Notes: a model not told the origin generated them from the sequence alone. Numbered from the stretch's first letter, positions 1 to 10,087 are shown. The stretch is DNA of 40,000 nucleotides from Methylococcales bacterium (GCA_963664935.2 CAXXSE010000006.1:1092494-1132493); one strand, 5' to 3'. A program made the numbers and translations.

Positions 1-484
1 CCAGTATAAAATTGCCAGCGGGGGCTCGCATGATACCTTTTGGCATATTCCCGCAAACGTGCAGGTGTATCGTGGTCCGGGTCGATCGAGATCGAGACAA
101 TTCGAAGCGGGTCCGCCGTTGTGAGTAGTTTACGATCCAAATAGGCAAAATTCGCACTGATAATTGGGCAAAAAGAAGGACAGGACGTGAATATGAAATC
201 CATAATTATCGGATAACCCTGATCGAGTATTGAGACAAGGGATTCTTTTCTACTATTCATATCGAAGAGTTTTACGTCTGGGAGTGAATAGTAGTACAAA
301 CGCCGGTCGTTGTTTGAAAGGTGGTTCGATGGATGTAATGGGGGGGGAGTTGCGAAGTATGGTGACCTTCGGCCGGTAACACGCAAGGTTTTAATGTGAT
401 CAGAGAAGCGATTACAATCGATAGCGCGAAAGCCCACCGACGGGGTAATGGCTGAAATTCATTCGTTAATATAGTATGGCGCAT
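1..484 (-). pseudogene. SCO1/SenC-family copper chaperone or thiol-disulfide protein. The 3' end lies outside the window and the frame is broken at a C8 run.
   Basis: Minus-strand translation from about 300 down to 1 gives YYYSLPDVKLFDMNSRKESLVSILDQGYPIIMDFIFTSCPSFCPIISANFAYLDRKLL..RIVSISIDPDHDTPARLREYAKRYHASPRWQFYT. This carries the CxxxC motif and the IDP..DTP signature of SCO proteins. The signal-anchor N-terminus (MRHT..RRWAFALSIVIASLITL) is ORF 272..484 in a different frame. The two frames meet at the G8 (minus-strand C8) run at 340..347, and C9 would restore one ORF. Confidence 0.7.
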
Positions 485-585
485 ATCCTAATAATAGTTT
501 GACAAGGAAAATAGCGGTTATTTAGCGTGCATGGTACTGGTTTTTTGCATTAAATTCTTAGCAAAATCAACCGGCGTAGATTGAT

Positions 586-745
586 ACCTGAATCCGTGAG
601 TTCAATGCGGATTACAGGGTGCAAGATATTGGTTTCACAGGGGATTAAAAAAATCTTAGTTTCCATAGGTTAAGTGGGTATTTTTTTAACCGCTGTGGAA
701 TCAAGAGCTTGCGCCCTGTACCGTAGTGAACTCACGGATTCAGGT
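586..745. repeat. MITE-like palindromic element of about 160 bp with imperfect terminal inverted repeats of about 55 nt (full copy of family A)
   Basis: The left arm is acctgaatccgtgagttcaatgcggattacagggtgcaagatattggtttcacagggg. The reverse complement of the right arm is acctgaatccgtgagttcactacggtacagggcgcaagctcttgattccacagcgg. Each arm also contains its own local hairpin (cctgaatccg..cggattacagg). GAT is present on both flanks. A related arm recurs at 29341. Confidence 0.7.
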
Positions 746-1447
746 GATAATAAAGTTGATCCGGTATTCGATTAGGGGATCGACGTTCGGTCGCCTTCAA
801 CTCGTATACGAATCCACGCACCGTGTGTATCAAAAGGCGACCAAATTTTAAATCGACCTTTTTTCGCAATTTCTGGATATATACATCCATAACATTCGTC
901 ATACTGTCTTTTTGATAACCCCATACTTGCTCTTCAATCAGTGCTCTTGACAACACTTTGCCCTTCCGCTGAAGCAGATACTGAAGTAGGAAGAACTCCT
1001 TTTTGGTTAGGTAGATCGAGATACCTCCGCGCACTACTTCATGGTTTTCAGCGTCTAGATAAAGATCCGCTTCCTCTAACACGACATTTGTATTTAATTG
1101 CATATTCCTTGAAAGGCGCACCTTTACTCGCGCCAATAATTCCTCAAATGCAAAGGGGCTGGTCAGATAATCATCCGCACCGCTTTCAAAACCATTCAAT
1201 TTGTCTTGCAATTTATCATTATTATCGACAATATTTTTCCGATTTTGCGCAATTTTCTACACACCTTGAATCCGTCCAAGTGTGGCAGCTCGATATCTAG
1301 CAAAACAAGATCGTAATCCCTGTCTCAGCACATTTGCAGTGCAGTTTTGCCGTCTTCGACGGAATCTACATTAAAGCTTTTGGCTTCCAGTTCATTTTTA
1401 AGAAATCGATTCAGGTGTATATGATCGTCAGCAACCAGTATATTCAT
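732..1447 (-). pseudogene. OmpR/PhoB-family response regulator, disrupted by an in-frame TGA and a frameshifting small deletion
   Basis: The receiver domain begins MNILVADDHIHLNRFLKNELEAKSFNVDSVEDGKTALQMC. An in-frame TGA follows at 1325..1327, then DRDYDLVLLDIELPHLDGFKVCRKLRKIGKILSIIMI. The frame changes near 1205..1225 into QDKLNGFESGADDYLTSPFAFEELLARV plus a winged-helix domain (LTKKEFFLLQYLLQRKGKVLSRALIEEQVWG..VDVYIQKLRKK..IHTVRGFVYEL). The receiver alpha4 region is about 3-4 residues shorter than usual. Confidence 0.8.
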
Positions 1448-1463
1448 TTTTTTACTCGCGTTT

Positions 1464-1796
1464 TTAGTTTGGAGAATACAATGTCGACGTTCCTTTGTCA
1501 GATTGACGATTAACGGCAATCTCGTCAAACACCTTTTTAAAAGCTCTATAGCCCTGATGACCGATATCAATAGGATATAGAAACCCAAATTTGGCTTCGT
1601 TACGAATAACCGTCAGCGCACTTTTCAATTCGCGACACCAGTCTTTTGAATGTTCATTTGATCGATTTTGCATAATAAAAGTTAATAATCTTAATAAGAA
1701 CGGTTCCTTATCCCGCGGAAAAGGCGGCTCAAACCGATTATTACGATAGGTAAATAATTTATTATACATAATATATTTATTTTCTAACACCGTCAA
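1464..1796 (-). CDS. Hypothetical protein, family not recognised
   Basis: A 110-aa ORF that ends 17 nt upstream of the response-regulator ATG on the same strand. I recognise no motif, and the start codon is uncertain. Confidence 0.3.
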   Translation of the reverse strand: MTVLENKYIMYNKLFTYRNNRFEPPFPRDKEPFLLRLLTFIMQNRSNEHSKDWCRELKSALTVIRNEAKFGFLYPIDIGHQGYRAFKKVFDEIAVNRQSDKGTSTLYSPN

Positions 1797-2243
1797 CAGC
1801 GTGTGTAGAGCCCTTTTTGAATAGAGATTATTTACTCGAGAGTTGTGCGTTCTTCGTAACCACTTGAAAAATAACGGAGTTGCATTTTCTTGTGGTTTTT
1901 AAAATATACAATTAATTCAATATTTTACGTTATATATAGGCTGATGCAGTTCAAGAGTTCGGTTGTGACTACACAACATGTTGGGTAGAAGAAGCTAACT
2001 GCCTCCTCCGTTTAATGATGACTACAAGCAAATTAAATGGGAGAGATTCAAATTCAACCACAGGATAAGCCATTCAAAAAATTTTACAACATCCACGAAA
2101 ATGTGACGTCAGTATTCCTAACAGTCTAAATACACGAGGTATTTTTGATTCGGTGTGCATCGTGCATGGGATGCCATAACTGTTCAATCTTTAGAGTCAA
2201 GTATGCGCTCCACAATGGAGATTTAACCAATGAGTGATTTATC

Positions 2244-4492
2244 ATGACGATACATATAGTTAATAAACTCATCACGTTCCTATTGATTTCCGTTATGTTT
2301 TCGGGATGTGCCTCGATGGGACCGGAAAGATCAAAATTTCCCTTGGAGACCGAAATCGACAAGGAAACGGATGGCGTTGTTAAGGTTGGTTTCCAGATCC
2401 CCGACCAACAACCAGAAGCGCCTTTCGTAGCACTCGCGACCGAACAACAGCCGAGGTTGAAAGCAGGTGATGATGTTAGCATTCAGCTTTATCGGGGTAC
2501 CGGTGATTTCGTGATTAAGGGGACCCCTGCTAAACCCCTTAAAGGGTCCGGGAGGAAAAGGACCTACGTACTCAATTTCGATAACGCCGATTTGGGCGAA
2601 GTGATCAGAACGATTCTCGGCGATACCTTAGGCAGGAACTATACAATCAATCCCAAAGTTAACGGTACCGTGACTATAGAGACGTCGAATCAATTAACAA
2701 AGGATGAGCTGCTACCCACCTTGGAAATGTTGCTACGTATGAATGGAGCGGTTTTGATCCGGGAGAATGCATTGTATCGTATAGAACCTGCCGCCAGTGC
2801 TTTATCGGGGGGCCGTCACCCCGATTAGGCCAGGTTGGAAAACGGCTTCCACCCGGATATCAGGTGCGCATCATAGCGCTTCGCTACGTCGGTGTTCATG
2901 AAATGCAAAAGATACTGGCGCCCTTGCTACCGCCGAAGGCCATTGTTCATACCGATACAACCCGCAATCTTCTGATGATCGCGGGGACGTCCGGAGAATT
3001 GGACAATATTATGGAGACCGTATCGATCTTTGACATTGATATCCTTAAAGGTATGTCCGTCGGACTTTATCCACTCCAATCCGTCGATGCCCCCACAGTT
3101 ATCGAAGAACTGGAAAAACTGTTGGGTGAAGGCGTAGATTCGCCATTATCGGGCATGTTTCGCCTGATACCTATTGAACGGCTCAATGCAGTACTCGTCA
3201 TTACACAACAACCCGCCTACCTGGATCAAGCCAAACTATGGATCGACCGTTTGGACAGAACCAATTCCGCCGCCAGTGGTGGCGTGCATGTTTACCGGGT
3301 TGAAAACGTTGACGCCGTTGAATTGGCGCAAACGCTCAACGATATCTTCGACGGTCGAAAAAACAAAAGCGAGATTCCGCCGGCATCCGTCGCCCCCAGC
3401 CTGAAACCCAAAGCGATCGCCGCCAAGAAAAAACAACCCGACCGAAAAAGTCCATCGAAAAAACAACTCTCCTTGGAAGATATAGGCGAAGTTCGCATTA
3501 TTGCCGATGCGACCAATAATTCGCTGGTGATTGTCGCCACAGCCCAAGAATACGACGTCGTCGAGTCGGTTATCAAAAAATTGGATATTGTTCCTCTGCA
3601 GGTATTGGTCGATACCAGCATTATTCAAGTCCGGTTGACCGACAGTTTGAAATATGGACTGCAATGGTTTTTCGAACACAGGGGGAGCAATTTCCAAGGT
3701 ACTGGGATTTTGACGGAATCGAATGCCGCACTCTCTAATCCGCCGGTTGCGGCGCTTTGGCTTTGGCTTCTCCCGGATTCTCTTATGTATTGGCAGCCAA
3801 CGACGTGAGAGTTGTATTGAATGCGCTAGCCAATGATTCTAAACTCAATGTCATTTCGTCTCCCTCGTTGATGGTGTTGAACAATCACGAAGCGACCATT
3901 CAGATTGGGGACCAAATCTCAATAAGAACCAGCGAAACAACCAATACCAACAGCGCGAGTTCGACACCGGATGGCGGCAGTTCCGCCGCGATCACGAGCC
4001 AGTTTCAACAACGCAATACAGGCGTCACCCTATCAGTCAAACCCCGGGTTAATCCAGGCGGTTTGGTAATCATGGAAATCGACCAGAAAGTCGATACCGT
4101 GGGTTCGGGTAGTGCCGGTGACAGTGGGAATCCTGATATTTTGCAACGGCAGATTCGAACTACCGTTGCGGTTCAAAACGGAGAATCATTGGTGCTGGGT
4201 GGATTGATAAGTGAAAACACTAGTCAATCTGAAAGCGGTATACCATTTTTGCGTAAATTACCGCTGATTGGATTTTTATTCGGAACCACTGACACACAAG
4301 TCAATCTAGACGAATTAGTAATCTTGATCACCCCCCCGTGTAGTGGAAAACAGGCAGGATGCGCGCGCCATTACTTTAGAATTCAAACGCAAATTAACCG
4401 GGATCTACAAGCAAACCCAGGCCGAAAAAGATGAGGATAATTCGGCAAATTTCGTGATATCTGCAGATAAAACGCTCAAGGACTCTATATGA
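2244..4492 (+). pseudogene. gspD: GspD-family type II secretion secretin with an N-terminal lipoprotein signal, split by three frameshifts
   Basis: The N-terminus has a lipobox (LISVMFSGC). N-domains follow (YVLNFDNADLGEVIRTILGDTLGRNYTINPKVNGTVTIET, IIALRYVGVHEMQKILAPLL, VHVYRVENVDAVELAQTLNDIF). The secretin core is present (VLNALANDSKLNVISSPSLMVLNNHEATIQIGDQ..NPDILQRQIRTTVAVQNGESLVLGGLI..GIPFLRKLPLIGFLFG). The canonical C-terminus ITPRVVENRQDARAITLEFKRKL is recovered only after shifting frame at the C7 run. Breaks lie at the G6 run 2807..2812, at about 3740..3757, and at the C7 run 4331..4337. The restored stop is at 4490..4492. Confidence 0.85.
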
Positions 4493-6697
4493 CCCTGGCC
4501 AAAAAAGATTAATCGCCTCCTAACCCATCTTCGTGGCTTATATTAATAATTCCCCCAAATTACAATAAGTTAAAATTTTTATCCTGTCTCAGTTGGCACT
4601 ACAGATTTTTTCTTGTTAAGAATCGTTTTACATTGACCTATGAGGTCGGGTTTAATATTTAAAGCATCGTAAATTTGTTTCTGTCGTGCTTCGGCTTTAG
4701 TGGTTGTCCGCAGGTGAATCATTCTCTTATCGTCGGTCGGCAATGTAATGGTGATACGTTGCTGGGTCGACAGGATGTTGCGAATGCTGTCCCAGCTTAA
4801 ATGAATACCTTGTTGTTTCAGTTGATAGCGCAGAGTATGTACCCGATGATAAGCCAGCAACGTCATAAACAAGTGGCCGGTGACACGGTCTTGTTTCTGA
4901 TGAAAGACCGGACGTAAGCCGAGTTCGGTTTTCAAACTTCTAAAGGTGGCTTCGATCTCGGTTAGCATGATATAGGTCGTCCACAACTGTTCTTCTGACC
5001 AGTCGGTGGTATTGGTTCTTAGGCAATAAACGCCACAGTGCTGATCTTTTTGTTGGCTTTGAGGTTCACGTTGCCATTCAATCCGGAGGGCGTTATTGTT
5101 CGGGCCATCAGCAATCACTTCAATGTGGTAGTCTTGCGAAACACGACGGTTTTTTTTCGCGCAGTCGACCGATACGTTCAAGTATTTTGGTGTATTTCTT
5201 AACCGTGCCTTTTTTGTTTAAGCCCGCATGGAGCTTGTTGAGTGCCTCTTCCATCCGAACATGAAAGCGGTTCCGAATACTTTGTTCTTTTTTGGCTTTT
5301 TGTTCGGAGTGGCAATAGCGTCGGATTTCGTTTGTTTGTGCATCCGTTTCGTGATAAACGCAAACGTTGCTGTGTTCGGTTTCTCGAACCATCACCGCCT
5401 GTTCCTGGTCTCTGGGGTTTTGCACCGACTGTTCTCGACTGACCACCAAGTAAAGATATTCGTGCTCGATTAACCAGGCGATGTTGTCGCGACTGGCAAT
5501 GCCAGCATCCATGATGATCACAGGTTTTGTGATCTGAGGACATGGATTTTTTTCCTGTAATCCCTCCAGCATCTGTTCCAATGTACCGGGCTCACTGGCG
5601 TTACTCGGGAAAACCTGACTGCGTAAAGGAAATCCCTCGCCATCCAGAACCAGTCCCAGCGTGACCAGCGGACAATCATTGCGCTTTTCTTTAGAGCGGC
5701 CGAACTGGGCTTTGGGGTTTTGGGTGCACTGACCTTCAAAGTAGGTATTGGTCAAATCGTACAGCACGATGCTGCGGTTCAAATCGAATAAGGTTTGCTC
5801 CTGAGTGGCCAGGAACGCTTCCAGCTCCGGTTGGTATTTGAGTAGCTTATCGCTGATGGTATATAAGCGCGTGAAGCTGGTATTACCATAGTCATGGTCA
5901 AACAGTTCCCCCAACGCTGAGCGTGATTGCAGCCCGTCATGGGTCTGCAATTCACTCCCCGGTGAAGCCATGCGACCGATGATGCTACCCACTGCCGTAG
6001 CGAGTTCGACCTTGTTAAAACCCAATGCGGCGAGCTGCTGATCTAGTTGGAGTTGCAGGACCGCATGCCATGCCAGCGTTTCAACACCGATACTTCGGGC
6101 TTGAAGGGCTTCGACATGATTGATATCGACGCTATGATAATCGGGTTCTTGACTTGCAGTATCCACCGGTTGCGCCAGTTTAACGACAATCAGAGCGCTA
6201 TAACGCTGGGCCGATTCTTCCAGAAGCTGACTTAAATCGTCCGCGAGTACAAACAACTCTTCTTGATGATCTGAGCCTTGTAGCAATTGTTCAATTCGGG
6301 CTGTCAGCAAGGGCCAATGTTCTGGTTCAATGGCGAAGTCTTTCCCTAGATTGAGTAGCGTGCGTTGCTTGACTTTCTTTCCGACACGAACGGATTCAAC
6401 GATCCGATAGGTGAAATAGGCCTCGCCATTAGCCAGGGATTTGGTTTTGGTTCTTCGAATATACATGCCCCTAGCATTCATGAAAAACCAGGGAAGATCA
6501 AGGGCTTGCCATTAGTGTTCTGAAACTACCCTAAATCTGGCGATCTGAAAGTGGAGGATTATTTTCTTCTATTCTTTTTGAGTCTGCACATCTAAAACCC
6601 TTCTTTTCTTCTTAATCTTCTTTTTTGTTTTGCCCTCGGTTTTTGGGTAAAGCACCAATATTCTGCATCATGAAACTTCGTATAACGAGGAAACGTG
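4493..6697 (-). mobile_element. IS1634-family insertion sequence. This is the maximal interval; the terminal repeats are not resolved.
   Basis: The interval lies between the restored secretin stop (4492) and the integrase remnant start (6698) and contains only the transposase gene. I could not identify convincing terminal inverted repeats by eye. Confidence 0.5.
4579..6481 (-). pseudogene. IS1634-family (IS4-related) DDE transposase, split into two ORFs at an A8 run
   Basis: The N-terminus MYIRRTKTKSLANGEAYFTYRIVESVRVGKKVKQRTLLNLG is typical of IS1634 transposases. DDE-region motifs are present (VLYDLTNTYFEG, IIMDAGIAS, FRSLKTELGLRPVFHQKQDRVTGHLFMTLLAYH). The ORFs 5120..6481 and 4579..5181 overlap around the T8 (minus-strand A8) run at 5150..5157. 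A7 would give a continuous ..RIGRLREKNRRVSQDYHIEV.. Confidence 0.85.
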
Positions 6698-7613
6698 ATG
6701 AAGCGACGAAGAAGGCGTAAATGGCGACATTGCCAGGCATTATTCCATCCTGATCCACGCAATATCAGACATCAAAAATACTGTTCGAAAGTAGCCTGCC
6801 GCAAGGCGAGTAAAGCATCTAGTCAACGCTGACTAATACGTCGTAAGCGGACGCGAAGTATCGGGCGCAGTGACCGATGTGCTCTGCAAAAGTTTTTGAG
6901 CTTATTGCACGAGAAAGGTGTCGTGGACATTGATATCGTAGAAGTGCCCCTGAGTCAAAGTGAGCAGGTGAACGAAGATTTTGCGCAGTATTTATTTCAA
7001 GAACGTGGACTCTCACCGGCTACGCTGAGAATCTATTTACCCGTCATTTCGCAATTTCTAGCCGAGCGTTTTGCGGACGGAACGTGCCAGTTTGATGTAT
7101 TAGCACCTGCCGATATCATCGGTTTTGTGGCGCGCCATGCGCGGGAGCAAAACCGCCGAAGGACGACGCGATTATGCCATTCTTTTGCTGCTCGCTCGAC
7201 TCGGACTTCGCGCCGGAGAAGTCGCTGCCTTGACCTTCGACCAGATTAACTGGGAACAAGGCTATATGACGATACGCGCGAAAGGCGGCCTATGGACACA
7301 GCTTCCACTCCTGGCCGACGTGGGTGAGGCGATTACGCAGTATTTAATTAGCGGTCGCGTAACCTGCAATGACCGGCACGTCTTTATCCGCGCGCATGCC
7401 CCTCGGCGTGGTTTTGCAACGAGCACAGCCATCTCCGGTCTCGTCAAACGGGCTTTTGTGCGTGCCGGACTGGCGTTGCCTTGCAACGGCGCGCATCTGT
7501 TTCGTCACAGTTTAGCCACACACATGCTCCGCCATGGTGGATCCTTGTTTGACATTGCTCAGGTGCTTCGCCACCGACAATTCGATACGACCCGAATCTA
7601 TGCTATTGAGTGA
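6698..7613 (+). pseudogene. Tyrosine recombinase (phage-integrase family), degenerate: in-frame TGA, internal deletion with frameshift, and 3' truncation by IS21
   Basis: The N-terminus is basic and Cys-rich (MKRRRRRKWRHCQALFHPDPRNIRHQKYCSKVACRKASKASSQR), followed by a TGA at 6830..6832. A core-binding segment follows (FAQYLFQERGLSPATLRIYLPVISQFL). The frame changes at about 7125..7250. The catalytic domain reads RRDYAILLLLARLGLRAGEVAALTFDQINW..MTIRAKGG..GAHLFRHSLATHMLRHGGSLFDIAQVLRHRQFDTTRIYA, showing the R, HxxR/H and Y signatures. The ORF stops in the first bases of the IS21 left end. Confidence 0.8.
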
Positions 7614-7652
7614 CAATTAACCTGGCCGGTCGGCGACAATTATCCTGGCCGG
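7611..7652. repeat. IS21 left terminal inverted repeat with two internal subrepeats
   Basis: Roughly 36 of 42 positions match the reverse complement of 10088..10129, judged by eye. Confidence 0.85.
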
Positions 7653-7701
7653 TATTCTGATAGGGTTCCTGGCATTACTTTTCTGATTGAGAGAGTGCGT
7701 G

Positions 7702-9213
7702 ATGCCGGGAAAAAGAATCAACGAACAACAGGTTAATTTGTACATGAAAACGAGAAACGAAAACAAGACACAGGAGACATCGAGTGCGGTTGCAGGGATA
7801 TCTGTGCGTAGCGGTCGGCGGATCGATAAACGACAGCTGCAGGTAGGCAAGCGGCCAATGCGACATTGGCGTACGCGCGATGACCCTTTTACCGAGGTTT
7901 GGGACAGCGAACTCGTCGGCAAACTCAAGAACGCACCCAATCTATCGGCCACAACGTTGCTTGAGATGCTGCAAGAACGTGATCCAGAGCGCTATCCTGA
8001 CTCCAAGAAACGCACGTTGCAAAGGCGTGTGCAGCTGTGGAAGGCCAAATACGGCAAGGAACAGGACGTTGTTTTTCTGCAAGAACACCCACCGGGTCTG
8101 CAGGGCTTGTCTGATTTCACTCAGCTAAAGAGTGAGGCGATCACTCTAGGCAACAAGCCACTCAAACACTTGATTTACCATTTCAGGTTGGCCTTTTCCG
8201 GATGGTGTTACGCGATGGCGGTACTGGGCGGAGAAAGCTTCACGGCCCTGGCGACGGGATTACAAGAAGCGCTGTGGCGCCTGGGTGGCAGCCCGAAGGA
8301 ACACCGAACGGACAGCCTATCCGCGGCCTTCAAGAACCTGGATCAAGACGAGAAAAAGGACATCACATCACGGTACGCCGATCTGTGCCAGAACTATGGC
8401 ATGAAAGCGACGCGAAATAACCGAGGACGTGGCCACGAGAATGACTCCGTCGAGTCACCACACGGGCATCTCAAGTGGCGTATCGAACAAGCCTTATTGC
8501 TTCGTGGGTCACGTGATTTTGATACCCTCAGCGACTATCAGACGTTTCTGAACACGGTAACGGATGGCATCAACCGACGCCACCAGGACCGGATCAAGGT
8601 GGAACGGGCATCTCTTGGCGCACTGCCCTGTCATCGCAGTGCCGATTACACCGAGTGCATTGCCGCTGTCAGCAGCACCGGCACTATCGAGGTCAAGAGA
8701 GTGCTTTATACGGTGCCCTCCCGACTGGTCGGTTCAAGGTTGCGCATTCATCTTTATGATGATCATCTCAAAGGTTATTTAGGGTCCAGTGCGGTACTGG
8801 AGTTGCCGCGCAATCATCATCCCAAAGGCCGTGAGCGAGCCCGTCAGATCGACTATCGTCATCTGATCGGCAACTTGGCGAAAAAGCCACAAGCCTTTCG
8901 GTACTCCATGTTGCGCGATGACCTTCTGCCAAACGACAATTACCGGAAACTGTGGCGAATCGCCGATGAACGCATGGAACCACGAGCGGCCTGTAAATGG
9001 ATGGTGGGTATACTGGCATTGGCCGCACGAGCTGATTGCGAGAAGACACTCGGTGAATACCTGATGAAACGAGCGGAGCCGGACGACTTGCCAGGCGTGT
9101 GCACGCTAGAAAAACGATTTGAGGGAAAAGCGCAGCCACACCCCAGCGTTGACGTCGAACAACACGCCCTGGACGACTATGAGGCGCTGCTCAGCTCTTC
9201 GGGAGCATGCTAA
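7702..9213 (+). CDS. istA: IS21-family transposase IstA
   Basis: An ORF of about 500 aa lying between the IS21 ends, with an HTH-like N-terminus and a DDE core (e.g. LSDFTQL, HRTDSLSAAFKN, GHENDSVES). It is followed by an overlapping istB. The ATG at 7702 is preferred over the TTG at 7687. Confidence 0.85.
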   Translation: MPGKRINEQQVNLYMKTRNENKTQETSSAVAGISVRSGRRIDKRQLQVGKRPMRHWRTRDDPFTEVWDSELVGKLKNAPNLSATTLLEMLQERDPERYPDSKKRTLQRRVQLWKAKYGKEQDVVFLQEHPPGLQGLSDFTQLKSEAITLGNKPLKHLIYHFRLAFSGWCYAMAVLGGESFTALATGLQEALWRLGGSPKEHRTDSLSAAFKNLDQDEKKDITSRYADLCQNYGMKATRNNRGRGHENDSVESPHGHLKWRIEQALLLRGSRDFDTLSDYQTFLNTVTDGINRRHQDRIKVERASLGALPCHRSADYTECIAAVSSTGTIEVKRVLYTVPSRLVGSRLRIHLYDDHLKGYLGSSAVLELPRNHHPKGRERARQIDYRHLIGNLAKKPQAFRYSMLRDDLLPNDNYRKLWRIADERMEPRAACKWMVGILALAARADCEKTLGEYLMKRAEPDDLPGVCTLEKRFEGKAQPHPSVDVEQHALDDYEALLSSSGAC

Positions 9214-9959
9214 TGTCTACCTGTACAAGCTTACCGGTCATGCTCAAAGAGCTGAGGCTTGCAACCATTGGCCGCCACTGGGCGGAGCTTGCCAGCAGTG
9301 ACAAAGCACGGAAATGGAGCCATGAGCAATTTCTCAGTGCATTGTGTGAACTGGAAATCACCCATCGTCATTCCCGGCGATTGGCCGGCTACCACAAAGA
9401 ATCAAAACTGCCCGCTGGGAAAACGCTGCCCAGCTTCGACTTTGACCAGGATAAAGGCATAAACCGTGCACAAATCGAGGCACTGTCTAACAACGTTGAC
9501 TGGATATCACAGGCATGGAACCTTTTGTTGTTTGGCGCGAGTGGCCTGGGCAAAACGCACCCGGCCTGTGCTATCGGAGCACGACTGATAGAACAAGGCG
9601 TGCGTGTACGGCATTACCCAGCAACCGCATTGGTGCAAGAGCTGCAACGCGCCAGAGACGGGTATTGCCTGGAAAGTCACCTACACAAACTCGATAAGTA
9701 TAGACTCATCATTCTGGATGATCTGGGTTACGTTAAACGCAGTGATGGAGAGACCCAGGTATTGTTTGAGTTTATTGCCCACCGCTATGAAACGGGAAGT
9801 CTTATCATCACGGCCAACCAAACGTTTAGTGACTGGGATCAGATTTTCGCGGGCAGCATGATGACTGTGGCTGCAATTGACCGCCTGGTCCATCACGCGA
9901 CAATTATCGAACTACACGGACAAAGTTACCGAAAAAAAGCCGCCATGGCCAAAAAATAG
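9207..9959 (+). CDS. istB: IS21-family helper ATPase IstB
   Basis: Walker A (GASGLGKTH) and Walker B (LIILDDLGY) motifs are present, along with IstB C-terminal motifs (LIITANQTFSDWDQIF..AAIDRLVHHATIIEL). The start overlaps the istA stop (ATGCTAATG). An alternative ATG lies at 9213. Confidence 0.9.
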   Translation: MLMSTCTSLPVMLKELRLATIGRHWAELASSDKARKWSHEQFLSALCELEITHRHSRRLAGYHKESKLPAGKTLPSFDFDQDKGINRAQIEALSNNVDWISQAWNLLLFGASGLGKTHPACAIGARLIEQGVRVRHYPATALVQELQRARDGYCLESHLHKLDKYRLIILDDLGYVKRSDGETQVLFEFIAHRYETGSLIITANQTFSDWDQIFAGSMMTVAAIDRLVHHATIIELHGQSYRKKAAMAKK

Positions 9960-10087
9960 CACCTTCAACGGCGCCCGCCGGGGTTGGCGTAACTCCAGTC
10001 GCCCTACGGGCTCCTTCCGTTACGCCAACCCCGGCAACAAAACCTACCAGAGGGGAAAAACATGAGATAAATAACAACACTTAAAAA

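Noticed and set aside
941-1300. A 119-aa plus-strand ORF antisense to the response-regulator remnant
   Set aside because: It is an antisense shadow of a recognisable winged-helix/receiver coding sequence, with no motif of its own.
1325-1327. The in-frame TGA in the response regulator (and similarly 6830..6832 in the integrase) as selenocysteine
   Set aside because: The positions are variable linker residues, not catalytic Cys sites. I see no obvious SECIS-like hairpin immediately downstream. Both genes also carry additional frameshifts or deletions.
6590-6650. A CT-rich low-complexity stretch (cttcttttcttcttaatcttctttttt) considered as a tandem repeat or array
   Set aside because: It has no regular period and no repeated unit with spacers. 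It is simple pyrimidine-rich sequence within the IS flank.
6482-6900. A possible tRNA attachment site next to the tyrosine recombinase (also checked in 10439..10933 and 14540..14850)
   Set aside because: I found no T-loop-like GGTTCGAAT-type motif with a matching acceptor stem in these intervals by eye. A proper tRNA scan would be needed to exclude one completely.
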